A stretch of DNA of 64,000 nucleotides from NCBI GenBank assembly GCA_963747235.1, contig CAVVEU010000024.1, forward strand, positions 128,001 through 192,000. Direction: 5' to 3'. Numbering within the stretch: position 1 is the first letter of the stretch; each line of letters begins with the position of its first letter. Position numbers and translations under genes: made by a program. The DNA is from an uncultured Candidatus Rokubacteria bacterium (GTDB lineage Bacteria > Methylomirabilota > Methylomirabilia > Rokubacteriales > CSP1-6). Under the pieces are notes generated by a model. It had not been told where the DNA came from and searched no databases. It was given only the letters and a program-made list of their open reading frames with translations. Shown here in pieces: positions 31,572 to 44,548 of this stretch.

Positions 31572-32558
31572 ATGGCCAGAACGCCGTTTCAGAAGCCGAA
31601 GTCGATCCAGTGGGAGATTCTCTCCGATCGCTACGGGCGGCTGGTTGCCGAGCCGTTCGAGAAGGGGTACGCCCTCACCGTCGGGCACTCCCTGCGCCGC
31701 ACCCTCCTGGCCATCGTGCCGGGCTCGGCGGTGTCGTGGGCCCGGATCCCGGGCGTGAAGGACATGGGGACCCAGATCCCCGGCGTGCAGGAAGACACCA
31801 CCGATGTACTGCTGAACGTGAAGAAGCTGGCGGTGAGCGTGCCGTCCGGCGAGCCGACGCAGACCCGGCTGGAGGCGACCGGCCCCAGGCAGGTCACCGG
31901 CGCCGACGTGTCGGAGGCGAGCGGCGTCGAGGTGCTGAACCCGGAGATCCACATCGCGACGCTGGCCGCGGGCGCGAGCCTCGCGATCGACCTCGGGATC
32001 GGGGCGGGCCGCGGCTACGTGTCGGCCGACCGGCATCCCGCGGGGACCATCCCCGCCGGTGCGATCGCGGTGGACTCGGCCTTCTCGCCGATCCAGCGCG
32101 TGGCCTACGGCGTGGAGAACGCGCGGCTCGGCAAGGTCACCGACTACGAGAAGCTGATCCTGGAGATCTGGACCAACGGGGCGGTGTCTCCCGACGACGC
32201 GCTGTCGCGGGCGGCCCGGCACCTGCAGTCCCACTTCTCCCACCTGGCGCCCGAAGGGCGCGAGGAGGAGGAGGAAGAGGTGGAGGCGACCGGCGAGGGC
32301 TTCCTGCAGGAGAGTCTCTCCAAGCCGCTCGAGGAGCTGCCACTGCCCGCGCGGGCCATCAACGCGCTGAAGAACCACGAGATCCTCATGGTCGCGGACC
32401 TGGTGCAGAAGACCGACGAGGATCTCGAATCCGTCAAGAACCTCGGCTCCAAGTCGATCGAGGAGATCAAGACCGCGCTCGCCGCGCTCGGCCTGTCGCT
32501 CGGCATGCGCATCGATCCGAATCTGCTGGGCGCGCTCGGCCGCGGAGGGACGAAATGA
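31572..32558 (+). CDS. rpoA: RNA polymerase alpha subunit (divergent N-terminal domain)
   Basis: Position between rpsD and rplQ; EPFEKGY, GRGYV, FSPIQRV, TDYEKL, CTD RAINAL/NLGSKS. Confidence 0.95.
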   Translation: MARTPFQKPKSIQWEILSDRYGRLVAEPFEKGYALTVGHSLRRTLLAIVPGSAVSWARIPGVKDMGTQIPGVQEDTTDVLLNVKKLAVSVPSGEPTQTRLEATGPRQVTGADVSEASGVEVLNPEIHIATLAAGASLAIDLGIGAGRGYVSADRHPAGTIPAGAIAVDSAFSPIQRVAYGVENARLGKVTDYEKLILEIWTNGAVSPDDALSRAARHLQSHFSHLAPEGREEEEEEVEATGEGFLQESLSKPLEELPLPARAINALKNHEILMVADLVQKTDEDLESVKNLGSKSIEEIKTALAALGLSLGMRIDPNLLGALGRGGTK

Positions 32559-33049
32559 GGCACGGCAAGGCGGGCTTCAAGCTCGGGCGGGTCACCGCCC
32601 ACCGCTGGGCGCTGTTCCGGAACCTGCTCGTCGCCCTCTTCCGGCACGAGCGCATCATGACCACCGAGGCCAAGGCCAAGGCGATGCGCGGTCTCGCCGA
32701 CCACATGGTCACCCTCGCCAAGCGCGACGACCTGCACGCGCGCCGGCAGGTGCTGAGCATGGTGCCGGACGCGGTCGTGGTGAAGAAGCTCTTCGACACC
32801 ATCGCGGCCCGCTTCAGCGAGCGGCATGGTGGCTACACGCGCATCATGAAGGCGGGCCTGCGGGCCGGCGATCGCGCGCAGATGGTGGTGCTGGAGCTGG
32901 TGGACCGGCCCGAAGAGCCCAAGGAGAAAGGGAAGAAGGACGCCAAGGCCGAGAAGGCGCCCAAGGAAGACAAGAAGGCCGGCAAGGGCGAGGCCTCCGC
33001 GGGCGCGGCCAAGGGCCGGCGCAAGAAGGCGGCGGCTGCGGCGGGGTAG
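32555..33049 (+). CDS. rplQ: 50S ribosomal protein L17 with Lys-rich C-terminal tail
   Basis: [25 protein letters not shown]; start ATG 32555. Confidence 0.98.
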   Translation: MRHGKAGFKLGRVTAHRWALFRNLLVALFRHERIMTTEAKAKAMRGLADHMVTLAKRDDLHARRQVLSMVPDAVVVKKLFDTIAARFSERHGGYTRIMKAGLRAGDRAQMVVLELVDRPEEPKEKGKKDAKAEKAPKEDKKAGKGEASAGAAKGRRKKAAAAAG

Positions 33050-33092
33050 TGGTTCAGCTTTTTACCGTCTAGTTCTTCAAGCTCTGTTGAAA

Positions 33093-33119
33093 TGCGGGGG
33101 CCCAGACATGGCCCCCGCA
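33093..33119. terminator. Hairpin between convergent rplQ and hydrolase genes (terminator or REP-like element)
   Basis: TGCGGGGGCC-CAGACAT-GGCCCCCGCA, perfect 10-bp stem; no clear U-tract. Confidence 0.5.
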
Positions 33120-33183
33120 CTCCCCCAGTCCGCGGACAACCGTCCACTGCGCCCGCCCGTGTGCGCTCGTGTCTCCGTGATTC

Positions 33184-33858
33184 CTACTTCAGGTGCGTCT
33201 TGAAGAGGTCGAGGGTGCGGCGCCAGGCGTCCTCGGCGGCCGGCTTGTTGTAGACGTCGGCCCGCTCGTCGTTGAAGAAGCCGTGGTCAACCCCTGGGTA
33301 GATGTTGATCTCGACCGTCTTGCCGGCCTTCTTGATGGCGGCCTCCACCTCGCGGGCGGTCTGCGGCGTGACGAAGCCGTCCTTCTCGGCGAACAGCCCG
33401 ACCACCGGACCGTTCAGCTTGCTGTAGTCCGGCTTGACGTTCGGATGGATGCCGTAGAAGTCCACCACCGCTCCCACGTTCGCGTTGGTGCACCCGGCGA
33501 AGAGGGCGAGCTGCCCGCCCATGCAGAAGCCCACCGCGCCCAGCTTGGCGGTCGAGGAGTGGCCGGCCAGATACTTGGCCGCGCCCGAGAGATCCTTCTC
33601 GGCCCGCTCGATGTTGAGCGCCATGAAGAGCTTGCCCGCCGCATCCGGCTCGGTCGCGGTCTGGCCGTGGTAGAGATCGGGGGCCAGCGCCGAGAAGCCG
33701 GCGGCCGCGAAGCGATCGCACACGTTCTTGATGTGGCCCACCAGCCCCCACCACTCCTGGATCACGAGGACGCCCGGGCCCTTGCCGGAGGCGGGTGTGG
33801 CCAGATAGCCCTTCGCGGTGTGCCCGTTGCTGGGAAACTCGACCATCTTGCCGGCCAT
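33184..33858 (-). CDS. Dienelactone hydrolase family protein
   Basis: VIQEWWGL, APDLY, GFCMGG nucleophile motif, YPGVDHGFFN. Confidence 0.92.
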   Translation of the reverse strand: MAGKMVEFPSNGHTAKGYLATPASGKGPGVLVIQEWWGLVGHIKNVCDRFAAAGFSALAPDLYHGQTATEPDAAGKLFMALNIERAEKDLSGAAKYLAGHSSTAKLGAVGFCMGGQLALFAGCTNANVGAVVDFYGIHPNVKPDYSKLNGPVVGLFAEKDGFVTPQTAREVEAAIKKAGKTVEINIYPGVDHGFFNDERADVYNKPAAEDAWRRTLDLFKTHLK

Positions 33859-33898
33859 ATTTGTTCTCCTTCTAAGGGTTAAATGTAGATCACTTCGG

Positions 33899-34030
33899 TT
33901 GGCGGTTCGGCTCCTTCGCGCAAGCGCTCATCCGACCTGCTTCGCCTTGCGCCGACTCGCTCGTGTAGACTGCTGATTTGGCGGTTCGGCTCCTTCGCGC
34001 AAGCGCTCATCCGACCTGCTTCGCGTTGCG
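33899..34030. repeat. 47-bp direct repeat, two copies at a 79-bp period
   Basis: TTGGCGGTTCGGCTCCTTCGCGCAAGCGCTCATCCGACCTGCTTCGC at 33899-33945 and 33978-34024; partial core CTTCGCGCAAGCG at 34093-34105. Confidence 0.9.
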
Positions 34031-34105
34031 AGCACCGGGTCGCCCTGACGCCGTGTTTCGCGTCGGCGGCGTCTAGTCTAGCGATTCTGGTGCTTCGCGC
34101 AAGCG

Positions 34106-36639
<2,534 letters not shown>

Positions 36640-36647
<8 letters not shown>

Positions 36648-37688
36648 GGAAGTGCTCGAAGCCGCCGCGCATCGTGACCGGCGCGCCGTCGGCGTCCACG
36701 AAGACGATCTCGCCCGGGGTCCCCTCGATCCGTCCGATCACGGTGAGCGCGGTGCCGGTCGCCTCGGCGAGGCCCGCGATGAGGTGGTCGGCCGCGGCGG
36801 GGTCGCACGTGAGCAGGAGCTCGTAGTCCTCACCACCGCTCACCGCCCACTCGCGCGCGTCGCCCCCGAGGGCGCGCGCCGCCTCGCGCGCCGCCCCCGA
36901 GACCGGGACCCGGTCGAGTTGCACGCGGGCGCCCACCCCGCTCTCCCGGCAGATGTGCGCGAGATCCGTGGCGAGGCCGTCGGAGCAGTCCATCATGGCG
37001 TGGACGCCGGGCGCCTGGCCCAGCCAGCGTCCCTCCGCGACGCGCGCGCGGGGCCGGAGGTGCGCCCGCGTGATCTCGGCAAGCCGCGCGCCGGCGACGC
37101 CCGCGTCCCGGGCGCGGTCGAGCCCGAGCTCGAGCGCGTGCAGGCCGGCGGCGGAGGCGCCCAGGCTGCCCGTCACCGCCACCGCGTCGCCGGCGCGGGC
37201 GTGCGAGCGAAGCCGCGGCTCGCCCGGATGGGTCCCGAGCAGCGTGACGTTGACCGTCCAGCCGCCCGGAGCGGCCGACGTGTCGCCCCCGACAACGCTC
37301 ACGCCGTGAGGCGCGGCGGCCTCCGCCATGCCCGCGTAGAAGGCGTCCACCGCCTCCACGTCCGTATCCGCGGGGACGGCCAGCGCCACCAGCGCCCAGC
37401 GCGGGATGCCGCCCATGGCCGCGATGTCGGAGAGGTTGACGGCCAGCGCCTTCCAGCCGATATCGGCGGGCGCGGCGGAGATCCGCCGGAAGTGGACGTC
37501 CTCGATCAGCAGGTCGGTGGTGGCGAGCAGCTTGTGGCCGGGCGGCACCGCGAGGACCGCGGCGTCGTCGCCGATGCCGACCTCCACGCCGGGCGCGGCT
37601 CCACTCGCGGCGGCGCTTCTCCGGATGCGACGGATCAGCCCGCGCTCGCCCAGGCCCTCCAGGCTCACCCGTTCGGGTGGCTCCGCGT

Positions 37689-37692
<4 letters not shown>
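36640..37692 (-). CDS. thiL: Thiamine-monophosphate kinase
   Basis: [34 protein letters not shown]. Confidence 0.96.
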
Positions 37693-38269
<577 letters not shown>

Positions 38270-38273
<4 letters not shown>

Positions 38274-39808
38274 GCCGGCTGCTCCTGCGCCGCGATGCGG
38301 AGCGCCAGGATCATGCCGCGCGCCTTCGAGGCCGTTTCGAGCCACTCCGTCTTCGGATCGGAGTCGGCCACGATGCCCGCGCCCACCTGGATGGACGCGC
38401 GGCGCCCATGGCACACCACGGTGCGGATCGTGATGCACGAGTCGAGGTTGCCCGAGTAGGAGATGTAGCCGACCGCGCCCCCGTAGGGACCCCGGCGGGT
38501 CGGCTCGAGCTCCTCGATGATCTCCATGGCGCGGATCTTGGGCGCCCCGGTCAGGGTGCCGGCGGGGAAGCAGGCGGCCAGCACGTCGAAGGCGTCCTTG
38601 CCCGGCTCGAGCCGGCCGCGCACGTGGCTCACCAGGTGCATGACGTGCGAGTAGCGCTCGACCACCATGAACTCCGAGACCTCGACGCTGCCGAGGCGGC
38701 TCACCCGGCCCACGTCGTTGCGGCCGAGATCCACCAGCATCACGTGTTCGGCCCGCTCCTTCGGATCCGCGCGCATCTCGTCCGCCAGCCGGGCGTCCTC
38801 CTCCTCGGTCCGCCCCCGCGGGTGCGTCCCCGCGATCGGCCGCTCTTCGACCCGCTCGTCCTCGAGCCGGACCAGCACCTCCGGGGACGAGCCCACGATG
38901 CTGGTCTTGCCCAGCCGCAGGAAGAAGAGATAGGGTGACGGATTGACCGTGCGGAGCGCGCGATAGACCGTGAACGGGTCGGCCCGCAGCTCGGTGTCGA
39001 GGCGTCGCGACAGCACCACCTGGTACGCGTCGCCGGCGGCGATGAATTCCTTCGCCCGGCGTACGCCGTCCGTGAAAGCGGCCTCGTCCATCGTCGAGGT
39101 GAATCCCTCGTCTCCCAGGGCTACCAGCGGCTCCACCGGGGGCAGGGTCAGCGGGGCAGGGGAGCGGGCCGGGCGCCTCAGGTTGCCGAGGAGCATGCCG
39201 ATCTTCACCGCGGCCGCGTCGTACGCGCGGTCGAGCGCGGCCGGATCGGTCCCGGTGACGTGGGCATTGGCGATCACCAGCAGCCGATGGCGCAGGTTGT
39301 CGAACACCAGCAGGGTGTCGGTGAACATGAAGACCGCGTCGGGCAGCTTCTGATCGTCGGTGGTCAAGGTGGGGAGGCGCTCGACGTGCCGGATCATGTC
39401 GTAGGACAGGAAGCCCACCGCTCCGCCCTGGAAGCGCGGCAGCCCCGGCACCCGAACCGGCTTGAACTGGGCCAGGAGGTCCCGGAGCGCCTTGAAGGGG
39501 TCCGAGCCCGCCAGCAGCTCGATGGTGCCGTCGGCCCGGCGGACGCTGATGCGCTTGCCCTTGGCGGTGAAGACCATCAGGGGGTCCGAGCCGAGGAAGG
39601 AGTAGCGGGCCCACTTCTCTCCGCCCTCGACCGACTCCAGCAGGAAGGCGTACGGGCCGGGGCGGAGCCGGAGGAAGGCGGACAGCGGGGTGTCGAGGTC
39701 GGCGGCCAGCTCGGCAAAGACCGGGATCAGGTTGCCCTGCCCGGCCAGGGCGCGGAACTCCTCGCGCGTGGGAGAGAGCGGGGGGAGACCCGGCCCCACC
39801 GTCGACAT
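38270..39808 (-). CDS. trpE: Anthranilate synthase component I
   Basis: LLESVEGG Trp-feedback motif, [32 protein letters not shown]; ATG 39808. Confidence 0.93.
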
Positions 39809-39819
39809 GGATGAGTCGC

Positions 39820-40146
39820 TCAGGCGTTCGCGTCCAGCTTCTTCTTGAGCTGCGCTTTCGGAACCGCGCCGATCACCTGGTCCATCACCTTGCCGCCCTT
39901 GACGAACAGGATCGTCGGGATGGAGCGGATCCCGTAGCGGGCCGCGAGCGCCGGCTGCTCGTCCACGTTCACCTTCGCGAGGGTCACCGAGCCGTTGCCC
40001 TCGCGGACCAGCTCCTCGAGCGTGGGAGCGATGGCGCGGCAGGGCGCACACCACTCGGCCCAGAAGTCCACCATCAGCAGCTCGGTGTGCTTGCCCAGTT
40101 CCGTGTCGAAGCTGGCCTCAGTGAGATGGAGCGTGCTTTCGGCCAT
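39820..40146 (-). CDS. trxA: Thioredoxin
   Basis: [10 protein letters not shown] active site, IRSIPT. Confidence 0.95.
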   Translation of the reverse strand: MAESTLHLTEASFDTELGKHTELLMVDFWAEWCAPCRAIAPTLEELVREGNGSVTLAKVNVDEQPALAARYGIRSIPTILFVKGGKVMDQVIGAVPKAQLKKKLDANA

Positions 40147-40547
40147 TGATCCAGGGTCTCCTTATGGTCGGGCTGGATGGTGCGGGACAGCGGGTGAGAG
40201 TTCCATAAAAAACGCACCGCCACGCTAGCATACGCCCCCCATCATCGCAAGTTGGCCCCCCGGACTTGGGGACCTGCCCTCTGAAATGTGCAGGAGGGCC
40301 GACGGTTCGGGGCACTCCTTCTGACAGTAGGCGTCACCTACCGGACGTCGGCCCGGTGTCACGGTGGGACGGGGGGCTCCCAAACGGCCCCGGAGGGCCG
40401 GAAAGCCTTGAATCCAGGGCATTGACCCGGACATGCCGATAACCGCCTCCAAGACGGCGGAAAACCTCGGTTGGTAGGGGGTTTGCAGTAGATGAACACC
40501 CCGAAAAGCTATGGCCACGTGCACTCGCAGTCGAGGAGGGTCGCTTT

Positions 40548-40910
40548 GTGGGTAAGGTGATGGTGGTCGATGACGCCGTGTCAGAGCTGAAACTGATCGA
40601 GGGCATTCTCAAGGCGGCCGGGCATCAGGTGGTGTCGTACGACCACGGTGAGCTCCTGGAAGATCGGGTCGTCGAGGAGCGGCCGGACCTCCTACTGCTG
40701 GACATCGTGATGCCCAAGCGCAACGGCTACGAGGTGCTGCGGGGGCTGCGGCGCGATCCCCGCACCAAGGACACCCCGGTGGTGTTCGTGAGCTCCAAGA
40801 ATCAGGAGAGCGATCGCCTGTGGGGGCAGCGCCAGGGCGCCGCGGACTATCTGGCCAAGCCGTTCACCGCGGACCAGCTTCTCGGCATGGTGCGCCAGTT
40901 CGTGAAATAG
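40548..40910 (+). CDS. Single-domain response regulator, PilH-like CheY
   Basis: VVDD, LLDIVMP phospho-Asp, SSK..DRLWG..QGA..YLAKPF as in PilH/PixH; GAGGAGG RBS. Confidence 0.88.
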   Translation: MGKVMVVDDAVSELKLIEGILKAAGHQVVSYDHGELLEDRVVEERPDLLLLDIVMPKRNGYEVLRGLRRDPRTKDTPVVFVSSKNQESDRLWGQRQGAADYLAKPFTADQLLGMVRQFVK

Positions 40911-40915
40911 CGCTG

Positions 40916-41431
40916 ATGACCCAGACTCCCGTGATCCCCGTCCTGCCCGCCGCGCCGGATGCCCCTCCGGCGCCGCGCGCCTGCCTGTTCGCGCTGGCCG
41001 GGGCGCGGCTCGCGGTGGACGTGCGGAGCGCCCGCGAGGTGGTGCTCTTCGACGAGATCACCGCAGTGCCCCGGGCCCCCCGGCACCTGGTGGGCGTGGC
41101 GAACCTCCGGGGCACCGTGATGCCGATCGTGGACGTCCGGGAGCTGCTGGGACTGGCAGAATCGCGTCCCGGGCGTACCTTCCGCACGCTGGTCGTGCGC
41201 GATGGCGCCGTGCAGGCGGCCTGGTCGTGGACACCGTGCTCGGGCTCGAGCCCTTCGAGACCGTGATGCCGGCCGACAGCCCGACCGCCGCGGGGATGTG
41301 GGGACCCCGCCCGTTCATGGCCGGCTGGATCCAGTGGGCCGGGGAGACCCTGCCGCTGCTCGACGTCCCGAAGATCCTCGCCGCGCTTCGCGCTTCGAAC
41401 TCCGACGATCGCGCAGGAGGTATCCGCATGA
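40916..41431 (+). CDS. cheW: CheW/PilI-like coupling protein, frameshift near 41220; 3' end uncertain
   Basis: VREVV-like AREVV, TAVPRAP..VGVANLRGTVMPIVD; adding one C continues as ALVVDTVLG..LPLLDV. Confidence 0.82.
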
Positions 41432-42678
41432 ATCGGAGAGACTTCCTCGGCGGCGTCCTCTCGACGGGTCTCGCGAGCGCGCTCCTTCCGGGCGCCGCCG
41501 CGCGGGCCCAGGCCGGCGAGATCCGGATCGGCATGAGCGCCGCGTTCCGGGGCGCCGCGGCCGGCCTCGGCAGCGAGCTGTACCGGGGCGCCCATGCCTA
41601 CTACAGCGAGATCAACGCGCGCGGCGGCCTGTTCGGGCGGCAGCTCACGGTGGTCGCGCTCGACGATGGCTACAACCCGGACCCGTGCATCCGCAACACG
41701 ATCCAGCTCCTGGACCGCGAGAAGGTGTTCCTGCTCTCCAACTACGTGGGCACGCCGACCCTCACGCGCGCGCTGCCCGTCATCAAGCAGTACGCGGATC
41801 AGGCCGTGGTTCTGGTGGGCAACTTCACCGGCGCCCAGCCCCAGCGCGAGGCCCCATACGTCGATCAGGTCTTCAACATCCGGGCCTCCTACCGGCAGGA
41901 GATGGCGGCGCTGGTGGAGCGCTTCTGGCAGGCGGGGGCGCGGCGGTTCGGCGTCTACTACCAGATCGACGCCTACGGCCGCAGTGGCACCGACGGGGTG
42001 GCGCGGGCTCTCGCCGCGCGCAACGCCAAGATCGTGGCCGAGGCCACCTACGTGCGCAACGCCAAGTTCGAGGAGGACATGACCATCGCGGTCAATGCGC
42101 TCCGCGAGGGCGGCAGTGAGGTCGTGCTGTGCACCGGGGCCTACCAGGGCTGCGCCGCCTTCGTGCGCTCCGCGCGCGACGCGGGCTGGACCGCGCCGAT
42201 CTCCAATGTCTCGTTCGTGGGATCGGACGCCATGCTCGGATTGCTGGTCAAGCACGGCCGCGCGAAGAACCGCGACTACACGCGCGCCTTGATCAATTCC
42301 CAGGTGGTGCCGAGCTACGACGATACCGTCCTGCCGGGCGTGGTCGAGTACCGGGCCCTCATGGACAAGCACAACCCGCAGGTGCCCGAGGCGCTTCGCG
42401 ACGGCGCGTACACGCCGCAGAAGTACAGCTTCATCAGCCTCGAGGGCTACGTGAACGCGCGGGTGATCGTCGAGGCGCTGCGCCGGGCGGGGGCCAGCGC
42501 GGGGCGGTCGTCCTTCCGCCAGGCGCTGGAATCGCTCCGCGGCCTCGATCTCGGGATCGGCGCGCCGCTCACCTTCACGGCCGAGCGGCACCAGGGGCTG
42601 GACAGCGTCTACTTCACGCGGGTCGAGGGCGATCGCTGGGTGCCGGTCGCTGACTGGGCCGCTGCGGTCAAGGCATGA
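41428..42678 (+). CDS. Tat-exported LivJ/Peripla_BP_6-type solute-binding protein
   Basis: AGGAGG RBS, twin-arginine signal MNRRDFL..ARA, IRIGMSA, INARGG..GR, LDDGYNP, VGTPT, RASY. Confidence 0.88.
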   Translation: MNRRDFLGGVLSTGLASALLPGAAARAQAGEIRIGMSAAFRGAAAGLGSELYRGAHAYYSEINARGGLFGRQLTVVALDDGYNPDPCIRNTIQLLDREKVFLLSNYVGTPTLTRALPVIKQYADQAVVLVGNFTGAQPQREAPYVDQVFNIRASYRQEMAALVERFWQAGARRFGVYYQIDAYGRSGTDGVARALAARNAKIVAEATYVRNAKFEEDMTIAVNALREGGSEVVLCTGAYQGCAAFVRSARDAGWTAPISNVSFVGSDAMLGLLVKHGRAKNRDYTRALINSQVVPSYDDTVLPGVVEYRALMDKHNPQVPEALRDGAYTPQKYSFISLEGYVNARVIVEALRRAGASAGRSSFRQALESLRGLDLGIGAPLTFTAERHQGLDSVYFTRVEGDRWVPVADWAAAVKA

Positions 42679-44544
42679 ACATGGGCATGGACAGTCTGAA
42701 GCGGGGCTGGAGGAAGCACGCGATGCGGAAGCGCGCGGAGGGTCCGGGATCGCTCGTCGAGACCACCGTCCCGGCCTCCCGGGCGCGGTTCGGCCTCCTC
42801 GGCAAGATCACGATCTTCCTCGTGCTGGTCCTGCTGCCGGTGGCGATCGTGAGCTGGGTCATCGCCTACCGGTCGCTGCAGGAGAACCTGAGCCGCGAGT
42901 TCACCGACAAGGGCAGCGCCATCGCCAACAGCCTGTCGAGCTCCGCGGCGGACCTCGTGGTCAATCGCGACGCGTCCACCGTGCAGGCCCAGGTCGACGA
43001 GTTCGCCAAGATCTCCGGCGTGGCCTACGTCATGGTCTACGATCCCCAGCGCGCCCTCATCGCCCACACCTTCGCGCCGGTGGTGCCCAAGGGCATCATC
43101 GAGAAGAACGTGGTGCCGGGGCAGGCGACCCGGCCGCAGGTCCAGGAGCTCACCTATCAGGATCCCCGCAGCGGGGGCGAGCGGGAGATCATCGACATCG
43201 GCGTGCCCATGCTGGGCGGCCGCCTCGGTACCGTGCGGGTGGGCATGGACAAGTCGATCATCATCACCGCGGCGGTCGGAGCCGGCAACTTCCTGCTCCT
43301 GGTGCTGGGCGGGATCGCGGCGGCCGCGGTGCTCGCGGGCGTGGTCTTCGCGCAGCGGATCACGCGGCCGGTCAACGCGCTCATGAGCGTGGCCGAGCGC
43401 GTGGGCCGGGGCGACCTCTCCCAGCTCGTGCCGGTCACCTCGCGCGACGAGATCGGCCAGATGGCGGTCACCTTCAACGAATCCATCGTGCGGCTGCGCT
43501 CGCTCGTCCAGACCGAGACCGACCGCGACGAGGAACGCCGCAAGCGCGAGGAGCTGCAGCAGAACATCATCAAGTTCCTCGACACGGTCGTGGAGATCGG
43601 CAAGGGCGACCTCACCCGACGCGGCGAGGTGAGCTGGGACGTGCTCGGCAACGTGGTGGACGCCATCAACCTGATGGTCGAGGAGATCGCCTCGATCGTC
43701 GGCGACGTGCGGCAGGCCGCCCTCCGCGTGGCCTCGGGCTCGCAGGACACCATCCGGATCACCGGCGAGCTCGCGGAGGCGGCGCAGGCCCAGACCCGCG
43801 ACGCGGTGAGCGTGACCCGCTCGGTGGCGGACGTGACGGTCTCGGTGCGCCAGGTCGCGGACAGCGCCGACCAGAGCGCCAAGGCGGCGCGCCAGGTGCT
43901 CCAGGCCGCGAGCAAGGGCGAGGGCGCGGTGCGCAACAGCCTCGCGAGCATGCAGCAGATCCGGGCCGAGGTGCAGACCATCTCCAAGAAGATCAAGTCC
44001 CTCGGCGACCGCTCGCTCGAGATCTCCAACATCGTGAACACCATCCAGGACATCGCGGCCCAGACGCACCTGCTCGCCCTGAACGCCTCCATCGAGGCGG
44101 CGGGCGCGGGCGAGGCGGGGCTGCGCTTCTCGGTCGTGGCGGACGAGGTCCGGAAGCTGGCCGAGCGGGCCACCCAGGCCACCCGGGACATCGGCACGCT
44201 CATCAAGGGCGTGCAGGTGGAGACCCAGGAGGCGGTGGTGGCGATGGAGGCCGGGACCCGCGAGGTCGAGTCCGGGTACGAGGTGAGCCTCAAGGCGGAG
44301 GAGGCCCTCCAGGAGATCGGGAAGATCTCGCAGACGTCCGCCGAGCTCGCCGCCGAGATCTCCCACGCGTCGCAGACGCAGGTCCGGGGCGCCGAGGCGG
44401 CCGCGGGCGCGGTGCAGGCGATCGCGGGCTCGGCGGTGAAGACCGAGCAGGGCGTGCAGCAGAGCCGGACAGAACGTCGAGCAGCTGGCCCGCCTGGCGG
44501 AAGAGCTGACCGCCAAGCTGTCCCGCTTCAAGCTGGCGAGCTGA
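42675..44544 (+). CDS. Methyl-accepting chemotaxis protein (PilJ-like), frameshift near 44469
   Basis: Two TM helices, HAMP (DEIGQMA..FN), tip IAAQTHLLALNASIEAA..VVADEVRKLAE; corrected end LTAKLSRFKLAS* at 44544. Confidence 0.9.
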
Positions 44545-44548
44545 CGAC

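Noticed and set aside
33899-34024. Possible minimal CRISPR array (47-bp repeat, 32-bp spacer)
   Set aside because: Only two full repeats, no cas genes or AT-rich leader in the window, and the spacer shares sequence with the flank; better explained as a REP-like duplication
40512-40528. sigma54 promoter (TGGC...GC) upstream of the chemosensory operon
   Set aside because: GG-to-GC spacing is 6 or 12 nt, not the required 10
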